A stretch of DNA of 64,000 bases, taken from an uncultured Nitrososphaerota archaeon. GTDB taxonomy: Archaea > Thermoproteota > Nitrososphaeria > Nitrososphaerales > CADDZS01. The stretch's first letter is position 1, and the number at the start of each line of letters is the position of its first letter. This document shows positions 53,092-63,913 of the stretch, in pieces. Under the pieces are notes generated by a model. The model searched no databases, was not told the DNA's origin, and was given only the letters and a program-made list of their open reading frames with translations. The stretch covers positions 928,001 to 992,000 of the forward strand of contig CAWCYI010000006.1 of the NCBI GenBank assembly GCA_963799845.1, in the 5' to 3' direction. Position numbers and translations under genes: made by a program.

Positions 53092-55131
53092 TTAGCCGAA
53101 AGTTACTGTATTGATTATCGGTGTCGTCGTCATTCCGTTCCAGACTGGATCAAGAAGAAGCTCTTGATCACGCCGGTCTGCCATACGAACGATCCGCTCT
53201 CGTACCACAGCCCTGGAAAACCGATCCACGCATACGGCGCATCGTTATAGATCTGTCCCTGTGCTGTCGTGCAGACAGACTGTATGTATGATGCATTTGC
53301 GCTGCTCGTAAATGCGTTCACACACGCCTGAACCGTTGGGTTGGCATAGCCGGCCCAGTTGCCCCACAACGAGGCGTTGTTGACAAAGCCGATCCAGTAG
53401 TCAGCTGGAGTAAGCGCGGCCGGTGCCCAGACCGATCCTCCGAGGATTGACATCTGTCCCATCTCATTGCCGTTCTTCACGTTAGTTGCATACGTGCCGT
53501 ACGGAGCGTAGTACGAGCTTGACTCCTGCTCTTCGACGTTGACCGTTATCCCGAGCTGGGCGAGGTCACCCTGAACGATCTGACCGATCTCCGAGCAATA
53601 GACGCAGGTCGAGATGGCAGTAAAGGTGAGCGTAGGCATGTTTGTGATATTTGCCTTGGCAAGATCTGCCTTCGCAAGCGTCATATTGAACTGATAAGGT
53701 GTGTAATTACCCAGATCGTCGTACTGCGACCACGCGGGATATTCCGGTCCCATTCCCGGCGTCATCTTGCCGAAAAACACCTTCTGGTCAATGTCCGAGT
53801 AATTGATCGCGTGGACGATCGCCTGTCTGACGAGAGTAATGTTAGTTGGATATTCATTCACGTCAAGTGGAATAGCCAGGATCTGAGCGGTATACGGTGG
53901 ATTTGTCACGTATGAGTACTTTGACGCACTTGCAAGGACAAGACTCCAATCCTGCGACTGGATGGCGACCAGCTGTGCGGCTCCCGTTGAAAGATCAGTA
54001 TATCTCGAAAGATCGTCAGTCTTGTACAGAATGGTGATGGTCTTCGCGTGTCCCGGATCCAGTTCACCGTTCGCGGCAATTTCGGAAGCACTTAGACTGT
54101 TTCCCCAATAATTCGGATTCTGGGCAAACGTCATGTACGCGTCCTCAGAGTACCCCGACACCGTGTAAGGCCCGGTTCCCGGAATGGAGTGCTGGTTGAA
54201 GTACGAATTGTACGAAGTTGGTGTTCCGAATCCGCCGTGATCCATTACCCACTGGGTGTCAAACACCATACCAGAGTACACGACCATGATCCCCAAAAAG
54301 TAGATGAATGGGGATTGAAGGTGGAATACAATCGTATTCGGTCCGGTCACGTAAATCGGCCATGATGAATTTTCCATGATCGCGAGTGCCTGCGGCGATG
54401 GATTGATCAAACCCGACTGGTTGATTAGGGCAATCGTGTCAGGACCGAAATGTACGCCCGTCATGTTGAAGATATCATAAGATTCCATCCACGCGCTGCT
54501 GTTGCCGGACAGGTAGTAAAATCCATACATCTCCATCCAGTACCTGGTACGCGTTGAATGGATCGCCGTTTGAAAAGTTCACGTTCTGCCTCAGTGTAAA
54601 GTTGTAGTAAGTGCTCGCAGAATTGATTGTCCAGTTGGACGCCAGTCCCGGCAGGTATTGAATGACTCCCTGCCCATACTCCGCGCCGAGGTTAACGTCA
54701 ACCATCGTCTGGTAGACTGCGAACGCGTACCACTGCGGCCACGGCAGCTCTGTCGGTTCGTAAAGGACGTTCATGTCATCGATCGGCCAGTTAAAGTCCT
54801 CCAGGGTTAGCGACTGCGCGAGCTGACCTGAAGACGAGGTGGAAGTTGAAGATGAGCTCGATGAGGACGAGCTGGAAACTGAAGAACTGCTAGAACTACT
54901 AGAGCTGCTCGACGAGCTCGTGCTGGGGGCGGCGCTTGATGAAGAACCGGACGTCGTCGGAGGGGCCTGGGTTGTGCTCGACGTAGTGGAAGTCGTCGAC
55001 GTGGTTGAGGTCGCCTTATTTGCAAGCGCGAGGAACCCGCCTGCAGCAATTATTATGATTACAATTACAACAATACCGATCGTCGCCGCCCTGCTCAGTG
55101 CATGCTTTACTCTAGATCTAGTAGAGAGCAT
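53092..55131 (-). CDS. Archaeal peptide ABC substrate-binding protein with an S/T linker, frameshifts near 54540 and 53150
   Basis: N-terminal TM segment, Ser-rich linker, FSNGDPFNA, PGTGPY, VRQAI.HAINY. Confidence 0.85.
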
Positions 55132-55472
55132 GAACGAAAAAATTGCTGACGATACTTAAAGAGTTTGTTACCATCAGCATGCATTAAAAATTCAGGAGCA
55201 GCGGCGCACTTGGGACATGTAAGAAGATCATAATTCATGTTCACAAACACAAGATAAGGAAGTTTGAGCAGGAAAATAATGGCCTGTATATGTTCACAAG
55301 AAATACCAGAATCGGTAAAACTCGTGCAGCTGCACCTCCAGTTCGGTTTCTGCCAGCTGACTTCATGCCAGATAGAGTCGCCTGGTCGGGCCCGGACTCA
55401 CCTCAAGTAAATAATAATAGATGGCCTCTGGAGCAGAGTCCTCGGGAGTTGCCCTAATTAGCATCAAGGAAA

Positions 55473-56516
55473 TTGAGGATCGGTCTCATTGGATCGGGTT
55501 TTGTAATTGACAGCTTTCACGTTCCTGCCCTGAAATCACTTTCGGACGTTGAAGTGGTAGCCGTCGCCGGTAATGACCCTAATCGGTCTTCCAAGTTCGC
55601 TGCAAAGTGGGGAATAAAGGAAGTCTATAGTGGCGAAGGTGCAATCGAGAAACTTTGCAAGAGCAAATCAGTCGATGCTGTTGACATCGCAATCCCAAAC
55701 AACCTTCATCTCATAGCGATCGAAGCTGCGGCCGAGAATCACAAGGCCGTGATATGCGAAAAGCCTCTTGGGAGAAACTCGGAGGAAGCAAAAAAGGCTC
55801 TGAGGGCAGTTGAAAAAAACGGGGTGATCCACTGCTATGCTGAAAATGAGGTGTTCGCTCCTCAGATCACGCGAGCAAAAGTGTTTGTAGATAGCGGAGC
55901 GGTAGGAAGGTTGACCTGGGTCAGGGCGAGAGAGGCGCACTCGGGCCCTCACAGCAAGTGGTTCTATGATCCCGCCCGCTCCGGTGGCGGGACCATCATC
56001 GATATGGGTTGCCACTCAATCGAAACCGGTCGCTACTTCCTTGGTAAGAAGCCGCAAAGCGTGTTTGCTTGGACGGCAACTCTATTTCACAAGACTAGTG
56101 CCGAGGACAATAGCCTCGTCTTGATCAAGTATGACGGAGGCTCGCTCAGCCAGAACGAGAACAGCTGGACGGCCAAAGGAGGGGTAGACGGCCGGTTCGA
56201 AGTATACGGGACGGAGGGATCCATCTTTGTCGATACTGCAAGGGAGACCGGGATCAGAGCTTTCACAACTGGTCATGAAGGCAAAGCGGGGTATATCGTC
56301 GAAAAGGCCGATGCAAGCGTTGGATGGATGTATCCGGTGTGGGGCGAGTACATAACTGGCGGCTTCCTTGACGAGATGAAACACTTTACTCGTTGCATCC
56401 GGAATGACGAGCTTCCGCGTGAAACTTTCAAAGATGGTGTGATCGTCAACGAGCTAATGGACGCTGCTTACCGATCCGCAAAGAACTCATGCTGGGTTCC
56501 AATATCTTCGAAGTGA
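55473..56516 (+). CDS. Gfo/Idh/MocA oxidoreductase
   Basis: IGLIGSG, CEKPL, GGGTIIDMGCH. Confidence 0.92.
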   Translation: MRIGLIGSGFVIDSFHVPALKSLSDVEVVAVAGNDPNRSSKFAAKWGIKEVYSGEGAIEKLCKSKSVDAVDIAIPNNLHLIAIEAAAENHKAVICEKPLGRNSEEAKKALRAVEKNGVIHCYAENEVFAPQITRAKVFVDSGAVGRLTWVRAREAHSGPHSKWFYDPARSGGGTIIDMGCHSIETGRYFLGKKPQSVFAWTATLFHKTSAEDNSLVLIKYDGGSLSQNENSWTAKGGVDGRFEVYGTEGSIFVDTARETGIRAFTTGHEGKAGYIVEKADASVGWMYPVWGEYITGGFLDEMKHFTRCIRNDELPRETFKDGVIVNELMDAAYRSAKNSCWVPISSK

Positions 56517-56534
56517 CGTCCTCCTACGAATGAA

Positions 56535-58168
56535 GAGACTGTGTTAAAACTCATTTGATCCGCTCCCACGATGAGATCTATTCGATGTTACTTCATAAAG
56601 AGGGCTAGTGGATCTCGACTACAGTCCGAGCGATCCTATCAATGCCTTTGTTCCGAGTACATTGATTGCTCTCCTCATGTTATATGCAAGCATGGTGAAT
56701 CCGACTTCACCGCCAACCTTCCTTAATCCTTTGAGAAGAAGGTAGCCCTGGTTGAACGCCCTCTTCATCGTACCAAACGGATGCTCGCAGAGCTCCTTCC
56801 TAAATTTTGTTTTGGAAGGGTCGTCCTTGATTCTTTGCCTCATCTCTTCGATTAGCTCTTCGTGAAGTCCTCTGTATATCTTCCTGCCAGTTCTGTCGGC
56901 TGTACATTTTGTAAGGAAGAATGGGCAGTTGGAGCACGCCGTTGTCCCGTAGACCCTCATTCGCTTACCCTTCCCCTTGTCCATTACGTACATGGACCAA
57001 AGATTCTCTCCCGCGGGACAAGTGTACGCATCTGCTTCTTTGTCGTAGAAGAACTCGCTCTTGTAAAATTCCGGCGTTGGTATGCCTCTCCTCTTCGCAC
57101 TCCCGATGGACTTCTGCTCGGTGACGTACGGAGTTATCCCATTTTGGATGCATTCTCTGATATGCTCCGCGTCGAAGAATCCGCTATCTGCGGTTGCATC
57201 AAGCTTTCCGACGCCCAGTGTCTTCATAGCTCCTATTGCAACATTTGCAAGTTCGTTCTTGTCACTAGGATGATTCGTGATATAATACTCACAAACCATG
57301 TGGTACTTTGAATCGACGGCAGATTCTACGTTGTAGCACACGTCGAGCCCCCTGCCAGCCTTCATCAGTCTGCTCTCCGGGTCGTTGAGCGTCATCTCTT
57401 TCTTTCCGCTCTCCTTCATCTCATTCTGTATTCGAATGTATTCGTTCCGCTTCTCCTCAAGCTTGCCAATCTTCTCTTTGAGCTCCCTAGTCTCCTGCTC
57501 TTTGTCGTTATCATCGTCAACGTCATTTTTGTCATTCTCCTCGATCTCCTTCAGGTATCGTTCTATCTTTTCGTTCGTGAGTTTCAAGCTGTTCTCGAGT
57601 TTTCTTTCGTTAAAGTAGCTCTTGTCTTTGGAGTTGACAGCTTTGAACTTACTCCCGTCGATGCCGACGAGCTCAAGCCCGAAGAGATCAAGGCTCTTGC
57701 AAAGAAAGACGAATTCCTTGAAGACTGGCTTGATCGAGTCTACGTTGTTCTTCCGAAAATCGGATATGGTCTTGAAGTCCGGAGTGAGTTTCTTCATGAG
57801 CCAGACGAGTTCAAGATTTCTCCTGCACTCTCGCTCGAGCTTTCTGCTGGAACGAATCTGGTTCAGGTATCCATAGATGTATAGCTTGAGAAGATCTGCG
57901 GGGTCGTACGACGGTCTTCCAGTCTCGCTTGGGACGGAATGCTTGAATCCGAGCTTCTTCAGGCTGAGCTTGTCTACAAATGCATCAATGAACCTGACTG
58001 GATTGTCTTCGTCTACGTATTCGTCCAACATGTCTGGAAGGAGTATCCTCTGCCTTCGCTCACTACCCTCCACGTGACCGCTATTACTCACGTTCATGCA
58101 TTAGGGCGTACTCGTAGATAGGCCTGTCGGCCAAAGTATTTGCCTTTAAATAGTTCTCACACAGTCTC
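56535..58168 (-). mobile_element. IS1182-family insertion sequence
   Basis: IR GAGACTGTGTTAAAACT / AGTTCTCACACAGTCTC. Confidence 0.88.
56619..58097 (-). CDS. IS1182 transposase
   Basis: GRPSYDP, SSRKLE, PDFKTISDFR, IDGSK, ADSGF, EHPFGTMK. Confidence 0.93.
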   Translation of the reverse strand: MNVSNSGHVEGSERRQRILLPDMLDEYVDEDNPVRFIDAFVDKLSLKKLGFKHSVPSETGRPSYDPADLLKLYIYGYLNQIRSSRKLERECRRNLELVWLMKKLTPDFKTISDFRKNNVDSIKPVFKEFVFLCKSLDLFGLELVGIDGSKFKAVNSKDKSYFNERKLENSLKLTNEKIERYLKEIEENDKNDVDDDNDKEQETRELKEKIGKLEEKRNEYIRIQNEMKESGKKEMTLNDPESRLMKAGRGLDVCYNVESAVDSKYHMVCEYYITNHPSDKNELANVAIGAMKTLGVGKLDATADSGFFDAEHIRECIQNGITPYVTEQKSIGSAKRRGIPTPEFYKSEFFYDKEADAYTCPAGENLWSMYVMDKGKGKRMRVYGTTACSNCPFFLTKCTADRTGRKIYRGLHEELIEEMRQRIKDDPSKTKFRKELCEHPFGTMKRAFNQGYLLLKGLRKVGGEVGFTMLAYNMRRAINVLGTKALIGSLGL

Positions 58169-58732
58169 TAAATTCGTGGGTTTTCCCGCTCGCAAGTGAT
58201 AAACTGCAATCCTCTGGAGATTCGATCCTATTACTATAACTGAGATTAATTCGGTAGCCGCGATGAGGCTTTCCTATTCCAATATCGTGTATGTCGATAA
58301 GTGTAATTTGTTGATCGCTGAGATCTAGATCAGCAGACGGGTGGACCGCAAGGGTAAGGGTACCACAACGTGATAAATCCGAGCAATTTTGATCGCAGAG
58401 TCGGCAACCTCAGAACCTCCGGTTGTAAAAAAACCTCTTTCATTCGCCTGGCAAAATGCTCGAATCCCTCAATTTTATTTCAACAAAAGCGTTTATCTAC
58501 GCACGTGGCAGGGTTTGATCGCGCCGATGATGTAGCGGTGTATTTTCCATACACCATTTTCCCGCCGATGGGATATGGAGTTGGCTGCTGGTTGCCTAGT
58601 TTTCCTTACCTGAAGTTAGATCTTTGCATATTTGCACGTGGAAACTGCGCTTGCCCAAGCTATTTTGCCCATTGTGCCAGCAGCTCTCGACAGTTGAGCT
58701 CATTCTTGGTCAAGAGAGAGGGGGGCGGGTTG

Positions 58733-60793
58733 CTAGACTAACCTGCCAATTCGCTGTCCATCGTACATTGCAAAGCCGATCCTAGCGCCTGCAATGTTTC
58801 CATCACCCACAAGATAGACTTCTCGATGCTTTTTCCTGAACGTTTGATACAGGGTGTCATTTTGTATTCTGCCGGTTATCAGAATTATGTTGTCAACCTC
58901 ACGAAGCATCTCAGTTTGCTTTTCGTAAAAATTGTACAATATTACGCTGTACTTCTCTATCTTCTTGATCCATGTGAAAGGCGTAATCTTTATTCCGGAC
59001 ACTACGAGCCTCGGGAATAGGTGCTCCCAGTGGTTCATCAAATTAAGCTCAAGAGCTATATTTTCGAGCGGAGTTACAATCTCGACTTTCTTTCCCTGGT
59101 TTGCCAGATGCTCGGCAAGAGCCGGAGCCTCGATGAAACTCAGAGTATCTGCGATAAGGATCGTTTGTCCTAGATGCGATCTTCCCTCCCAAACATCCTC
59201 GTCCGTACAAACATTCGGTTGATTCCAGCCTTCTATTTCGTTAAATGTATAGGGCTGGAATCCATTCTTTATGGGGGTTGAGCCAGTGGCTATCACAACG
59301 GCGTCAGGTTTTTCTTCGTTTAGAACATAGTCGACAACTTCTTGATCGTCAGTAACTTCCAAGCCATATTTGATATCTACGCCGAGTACCTTAACTTGAT
59401 CAATAAGCCAGCTGACAATTGCCCTTAGATTGGCTCTGCCGGGCAGTTTTCCTGCAATCAGTGCTTGGCCACCCGCTAGTGTCGACTTTTCATAGATTCT
59501 TACTCTGTGACCCCTTAAAGCTGCGATCCTCGCAGCTTCCAGACCTGCCACACCTCCACCGATTATCAATACGTTTTTCTTGGTTATGGCTGACGTTAGC
59601 GTATCCATTCCCCACGTCTCCTCTCTTCCAGCTGCTGGATTCACAGTGCACGAAATCGGAAGACCGCGAAGCATTCTTCCCCAACAGTCCTGAAGAGCAC
59701 CGATACACGGACGAATTTCCATCAATCTTCCGTCTCTCGCTTTATTGGGAAGCTCAGGGTCAGCTATTAGGGCGCGCGTCATCGCTACCATGTCTGCCTG
59801 ACCATTGGCAATCAAGCTTTCCGCATATCCCGGATCGGCATATTTTCCGACCACGCCCACCTTGGTCTTTCTTAGCACTGCCTTAATTGGATTAGTTATT
59901 CTGAGATTGTAACCGCTTTCCACATACATTGGGACAGCTTGCCAATCCTCTTGATGAGGAGAGTAACCTCTGTCTGGCGTAATCCAGTCAACCTGTCCAT
60001 CAAGAGAAGATGCAATCCGTGACGCGATCTCGGGCGTGTTTCCGCCCTCGTACCGCTCATCTCCCATCAATCTCATCCCAACAGCAATTTCGCCATTTGT
60101 ATATTCCTTTACGCGTTTTATGACTTCTTTGAGGAATCTCATTCTATTTTCCAAGGTGCCGCCCCACTTGTCCTTGCGCTTGTTCATCACCCCGGATAGG
60201 AACTGAGAAATTAACGCACCATGAGTGCCATGCAAATCTATTCCGTCCAGTCCTGAATCTCTAACGAATTTCGCCCCGTTTCCAAAAGCCTCAATTTCGG
60301 CTTCTATGGTAGTCTCATCCATTTCCCTTTTTGTGAAGGGCAAGGCATGAATGGGATGAGAGGGTACTGGATAGGACGACACTCCCATTCCACTCGCCAC
60401 CGCAGAAGAGAGTTCAATGAAACACTTCGCGCCATACTTGTGTACTTGTTTTGTAAGCTTTGAGTATCCCTCTACTACTCTTGGATCCGAAGCCTGAATA
60501 GGAAATCTTCCTGTCAGATCCATGGGATGACCCAGGTTCAAGGGGCTAAAATGAGAGTCCGTAAAAATCGCTGTCTCTCCCGGGCCGGCAACAACCCTTC
60601 CCATCGAAACTTCGATTAGCCCCACTCCCCCTTTCGCTCTCTCAGCGCAATAGTAGGATAGCCTGTCTCCTGGCAGATTATCGCGATTATCGGAAGCGAA
60701 CATCGTTGCATGTGGGGTAATGTATATTCTATTTTTGATAGTCATTGGTCCTAATTCGATAGGAGAAAAAAGATGCTCGAAAGCTTGGGACAT
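58733..60793 (-). CDS. NADH:flavin oxidoreductase, paralog of 50339-52408
   Basis: Same motifs, high similarity. Confidence 0.9.
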   Translation of the reverse strand: MSQAFEHLFSPIELGPMTIKNRIYITPHATMFASDNRDNLPGDRLSYYCAERAKGGVGLIEVSMGRVVAGPGETAIFTDSHFSPLNLGHPMDLTGRFPIQASDPRVVEGYSKLTKQVHKYGAKCFIELSSAVASGMGVSSYPVPSHPIHALPFTKREMDETTIEAEIEAFGNGAKFVRDSGLDGIDLHGTHGALISQFLSGVMNKRKDKWGGTLENRMRFLKEVIKRVKEYTNGEIAVGMRLMGDERYEGGNTPEIASRIASSLDGQVDWITPDRGYSPHQEDWQAVPMYVESGYNLRITNPIKAVLRKTKVGVVGKYADPGYAESLIANGQADMVAMTRALIADPELPNKARDGRLMEIRPCIGALQDCWGRMLRGLPISCTVNPAAGREETWGMDTLTSAITKKNVLIIGGGVAGLEAARIAALRGHRVRIYEKSTLAGGQALIAGKLPGRANLRAIVSWLIDQVKVLGVDIKYGLEVTDDQEVVDYVLNEEKPDAVVIATGSTPIKNGFQPYTFNEIEGWNQPNVCTDEDVWEGRSHLGQTILIADTLSFIEAPALAEHLANQGKKVEIVTPLENIALELNLMNHWEHLFPRLVVSGIKITPFTWIKKIEKYSVILYNFYEKQTEMLREVDNIILITGRIQNDTLYQTFRKKHREVYLVGDGNIAGARIGFAMYDGQRIGRLV

Positions 60794-61147
60794 AGGCAAT
60801 TTGGTTTTTTGAATAATATTTAGCACTTTTATTCTTTGAGCAAGTAGTTGCTACGATTTTCAGAGTTTTTTGTTGGCCGGGTGTCTTCAATGAAATGCCC
60901 TAACATTTCATTCTCGAACAGAAAAAACCATCGATGACAAACCCCTCATTTCATACGTCATAGAAGCCGTGCAGGACTCATGTCACAAATGGGTGGTTAT
61001 GGCCGAGAGAATACCCGTTGAAAGCTTCCAAGCAATCTTTGGAAGAGACGATCCGCGTATTGCAGTTATCATCGACGAGTTCCCATGGAAAGTCCTTCCT
61101 CATAAGCAGTTTTTGAGCAAGTGGGATCATGGAATAAATATTCGCTG

Positions 61148-61207
61148 TTTTACCAGAAAATTCGTGCTCAAATCCCAAATCACCCACTCGGGATTTACTG
61201 GTAAAAT
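61148..61207 (-). repeat. Repeat copy plus a second core
   Basis: TTTACCAGAAAATTCGTGCTCAAATCCCA...GGATTTACTGGTAAAA. Confidence 0.7.
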
Positions 61208-61624
61208 CTCAAGCGATCAAGATTCGCTCTTTCATAATGTTGAATAGGTAATCATACTTTAGAAGCAACTCGCGAGTCTGACATGATGAAAGCTACTGCA
61301 AAAGGTGTCTCCGATACAAAAGCCCGAGGATATTAGACTGCGAGTAATTCCGAAACCCACGGGAAGTGAGAGGTCAGTGATCGTTGCTAGTCAGATTCAG
61401 GCTTTCAGAGGAAAGAACTGCGGTTTCACGGTTCACCCTTCTTTTTAGACAAGGTGTAGAAACAGAATTTTGAATTCTCCGAAGGAATGGGCGCTTTCCA
61501 TTGGTCCTGCGGTAGCTGGAATCATTTCAGGAAACTACCTTCAGTTAGCATTTACCGTTCCTGCAGTTGTATTCGTCTACCAAGTATCTTGTTAACTTTC
61601 TATGGCACGGGAGAAGATTCGAAA

Positions 61625-62914
61625 TCACTTCACGAAGCGAGAGAATGATTCTCTCCCACAATACTTTGCGCTGCCGCCCAATTTCTCTTCAAGCCTTAGC
61701 AGCTGATTGTACTTGGCGGTTCGCTCTGATCTTGCGATCGAGCCGATTTTAATTTGCCCAGCTGCCGAGCCAACAGCCAAATCAGCAATGAATGTGTCTT
61801 CGGTCTCCCCAGATCTCGCCGAAATTACAGGAGCATAACCAATCTCTCTACAAAGTTTGATAGCAGCTACTGTCTCTGATAGAGTGCCTATTTGATTGAG
61901 CTTGATCAAGACGGCATTTGCGACACCGAGCATTTTTCCCTTTCTAATCTGGTCAACACTTGTGGTGAACAAATCGTCTCCGATAAGCTGTACTTCCGAA
62001 CCAAGTTTTTCAGTGAGCATTTTCCATCCTTCCCAGTCCTCCTCGGCGCATCCATCCTCAATTGAAAGGATCGGATATCTTGAGCACCAGTTCGCGAGCT
62101 CATGAATCATATCTTTGGGGTGGAGAGTGAGGCCTTCTGTAGTGAGATTGTAGATTCCATTTTTGTAGAAATGAGATGAAGCAACATCAATCGCGATTGA
62201 AATCTCTTCCTTCGGAACGAGGCCTGACACCTGTATGGCTTGATTCAGAATATCAAGTGCCTCGGAGTGACTTTTCAATTTTGGACTGAATCCACCCTCG
62301 TCCGCCAGTAATGTCGAGTATCCATTATTGTTCAGAATTTGCTTGGTAGAGTGATAGATCTTTCCTACCCAGTCCAGCGCTTCACGAAATGAGGAAGCTC
62401 CAACAGGAATAACTAGAAAGTCCTGAATATCGAGATTTCCTTGCGCGTGAAGACCACCGCTTATTATGTTCACCATCGGAGTGGGAATTGATAGTTCATC
62501 AGTATCGGAAATTTCCCTTACCAGTTCGTAAAGCGGTATCTTTCTACTCTCAGAGATGGCTCTAGCATTTGCAAGGGAGACGGCAAGAATCGCATTCGCC
62601 CCTAATCTTTTCTTGTTTGGAGTCCCGTCTAAATCGCGGAGTAGATCATCGACTTGATTTACATCCGCATCTTTTCCCCGGAGGGCATCATTAATTTCGA
62701 AATTAATATTCGAGACAGCCTTTCTCACTCCTTTTCCGATCCAACGGTCTGGCTCTGAATCCCTCAGTTCGAACGCCTCGCTTTTTCCCGTCGAAGCACC
62801 GGATGGAACAATCGCGCTTCCAACTATGTCATTGTCGAGCAATACTTCAGCCTCAACGGTGGGGAATGCACGTGAATCTAGAAGCTCTCTGCCCGTAATT
62901 TTCGAGATTTTCAT
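61625..62914 (-). CDS. eno: Enolase-like protein with an atypical active site
   Basis: PSGASTG, DEGGF, SIED, GDDLF, IKLNQIG, but SARSGETED and IQDF. Confidence 0.85.
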   Translation of the reverse strand: MKISKITGRELLDSRAFPTVEAEVLLDNDIVGSAIVPSGASTGKSEAFELRDSEPDRWIGKGVRKAVSNINFEINDALRGKDADVNQVDDLLRDLDGTPNKKRLGANAILAVSLANARAISESRKIPLYELVREISDTDELSIPTPMVNIISGGLHAQGNLDIQDFLVIPVGASSFREALDWVGKIYHSTKQILNNNGYSTLLADEGGFSPKLKSHSEALDILNQAIQVSGLVPKEEISIAIDVASSHFYKNGIYNLTTEGLTLHPKDMIHELANWCSRYPILSIEDGCAEEDWEGWKMLTEKLGSEVQLIGDDLFTTSVDQIRKGKMLGVANAVLIKLNQIGTLSETVAAIKLCREIGYAPVISARSGETEDTFIADLAVGSAAGQIKIGSIARSERTAKYNQLLRLEEKLGGSAKYCGRESFSRFVK

Positions 62915-62932
62915 TGTTTAGATCACGATGTT

Positions 62933-63913
62933 CTATCGTAGATGGTTGGAAACCGAAGCCGAGACCACTTGGAAATCATCAATACGATCATAAATCAGTT
63001 TTGTCGAAAGCGCTCTTACCATTTCCTTATCGGGGATTGTCAGATACTCTGCCGGGGATTTACCATCGACCCGGGCAAGCATAAGGACTGCAAGTGTCCT
63101 TGTCGCATTTTCCTCCTGTTTTAGAGACTTTGCCAATTTCCAGTATTCAGTCCACAATATTTCTGCCTGTTCCAGATGATCTGGTGATTTCAGATGAATT
63201 GCTTTGAGAAGTAGATGATTCGTGCAAAATGCGATGTCAAATGCCGGATTTCCCCAGTGGGCAACCTCGCAGTCCACAATCCAGATTCTGCCGTCTGACA
63301 GCAGCAGGATGTTCTTGGGCGAGAAATCCCCATGAACAAGACAGATTCTTTCTTGAAGCAATGATCGAATTATCTCCTCGATCTTATCCTTCATATCGGG
63401 ATGCCGTGTTTCGAGCGTCTTAAAATACGGATCAATCCTGAGCTCCACAAAATTCGAAACATCATCGAATTTTTCTTGAATTACTCGGTCGTGAGCAGTT
63501 TCCAGGTGAAATTTGGCCAGAATTTTGGAGACTTCATATGTTATTCTTCTGTCTGCTATATCCGAAAGCAGATCTTGCTTCCAGGTTCTATTTAGAGCGT
63601 ACTCTAGTGCACAAGCATACTGTTCGCGATCCTCTGCGATGACTTCGGGCGCGTATTCTTTTCCTACTACATCCCTTATTACATTCAGACAAGAAGTCTC
63701 TTTGAAAATCCTGGACCTGTCTGCGAACCATTCGTCCTGCACTCGTAGTTGTTTCAGGGCTTGCTTCACAACCCAGGTGCCCCGCTTGGTCTCAATCTTC
63801 ACCACGAGATTAGAAATCCCGCCTCCCAAGATGGTGATCGTTGGCTTCTCGCCCTGTTGAGCAAGGCCCCACTTGTGCGCGAGCTCTTCGAGTTGAAGAA
63901 GATCGTCTTCCAA
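62933..63913 (-). CDS. Aminoglycoside phosphotransferase/methylthioribose kinase-like kinase
   Basis: LGGGISN, VVKQAL, HGDFSPKNIL, DCEVAHWG. Confidence 0.85.
   Translation of the reverse strand: MEDDLLQLEELAHKWGLAQQGEKPTITILGGGISNLVVKIETKRGTWVVKQALKQLRVQDEWFADRSRIFKETSCLNVIRDVVGKEYAPEVIAEDREQYACALEYALNRTWKQDLLSDIADRRITYEVSKILAKFHLETAHDRVIQEKFDDVSNFVELRIDPYFKTLETRHPDMKDKIEEIIRSLLQERICLVHGDFSPKNILLLSDGRIWIVDCEVAHWGNPAFDIAFCTNHLLLKAIHLKSPDHLEQAEILWTEYWKLAKSLKQEENATRTLAVLMLARVDGKSPAEYLTIPDKEMVRALSTKLIYDRIDDFQVVSASVSNHLR

Noticed and set aside
54830-55010. Low-complexity tract and antisense acidic ORF 54839-55159
   Set aside because: This is the Ser/Thr linker of the substrate-binding protein. 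The antisense ORF is its shadow.
1327-55131. Numerous frameshifted genes suggesting mass pseudogenisation or programmed frameshifting
   Set aside because: These are scattered single-base indels, often at short homopolymers, in otherwise intact genes. Long-read consensus error is the simpler explanation. Only the IS630 and IS3 shifts look programmed.
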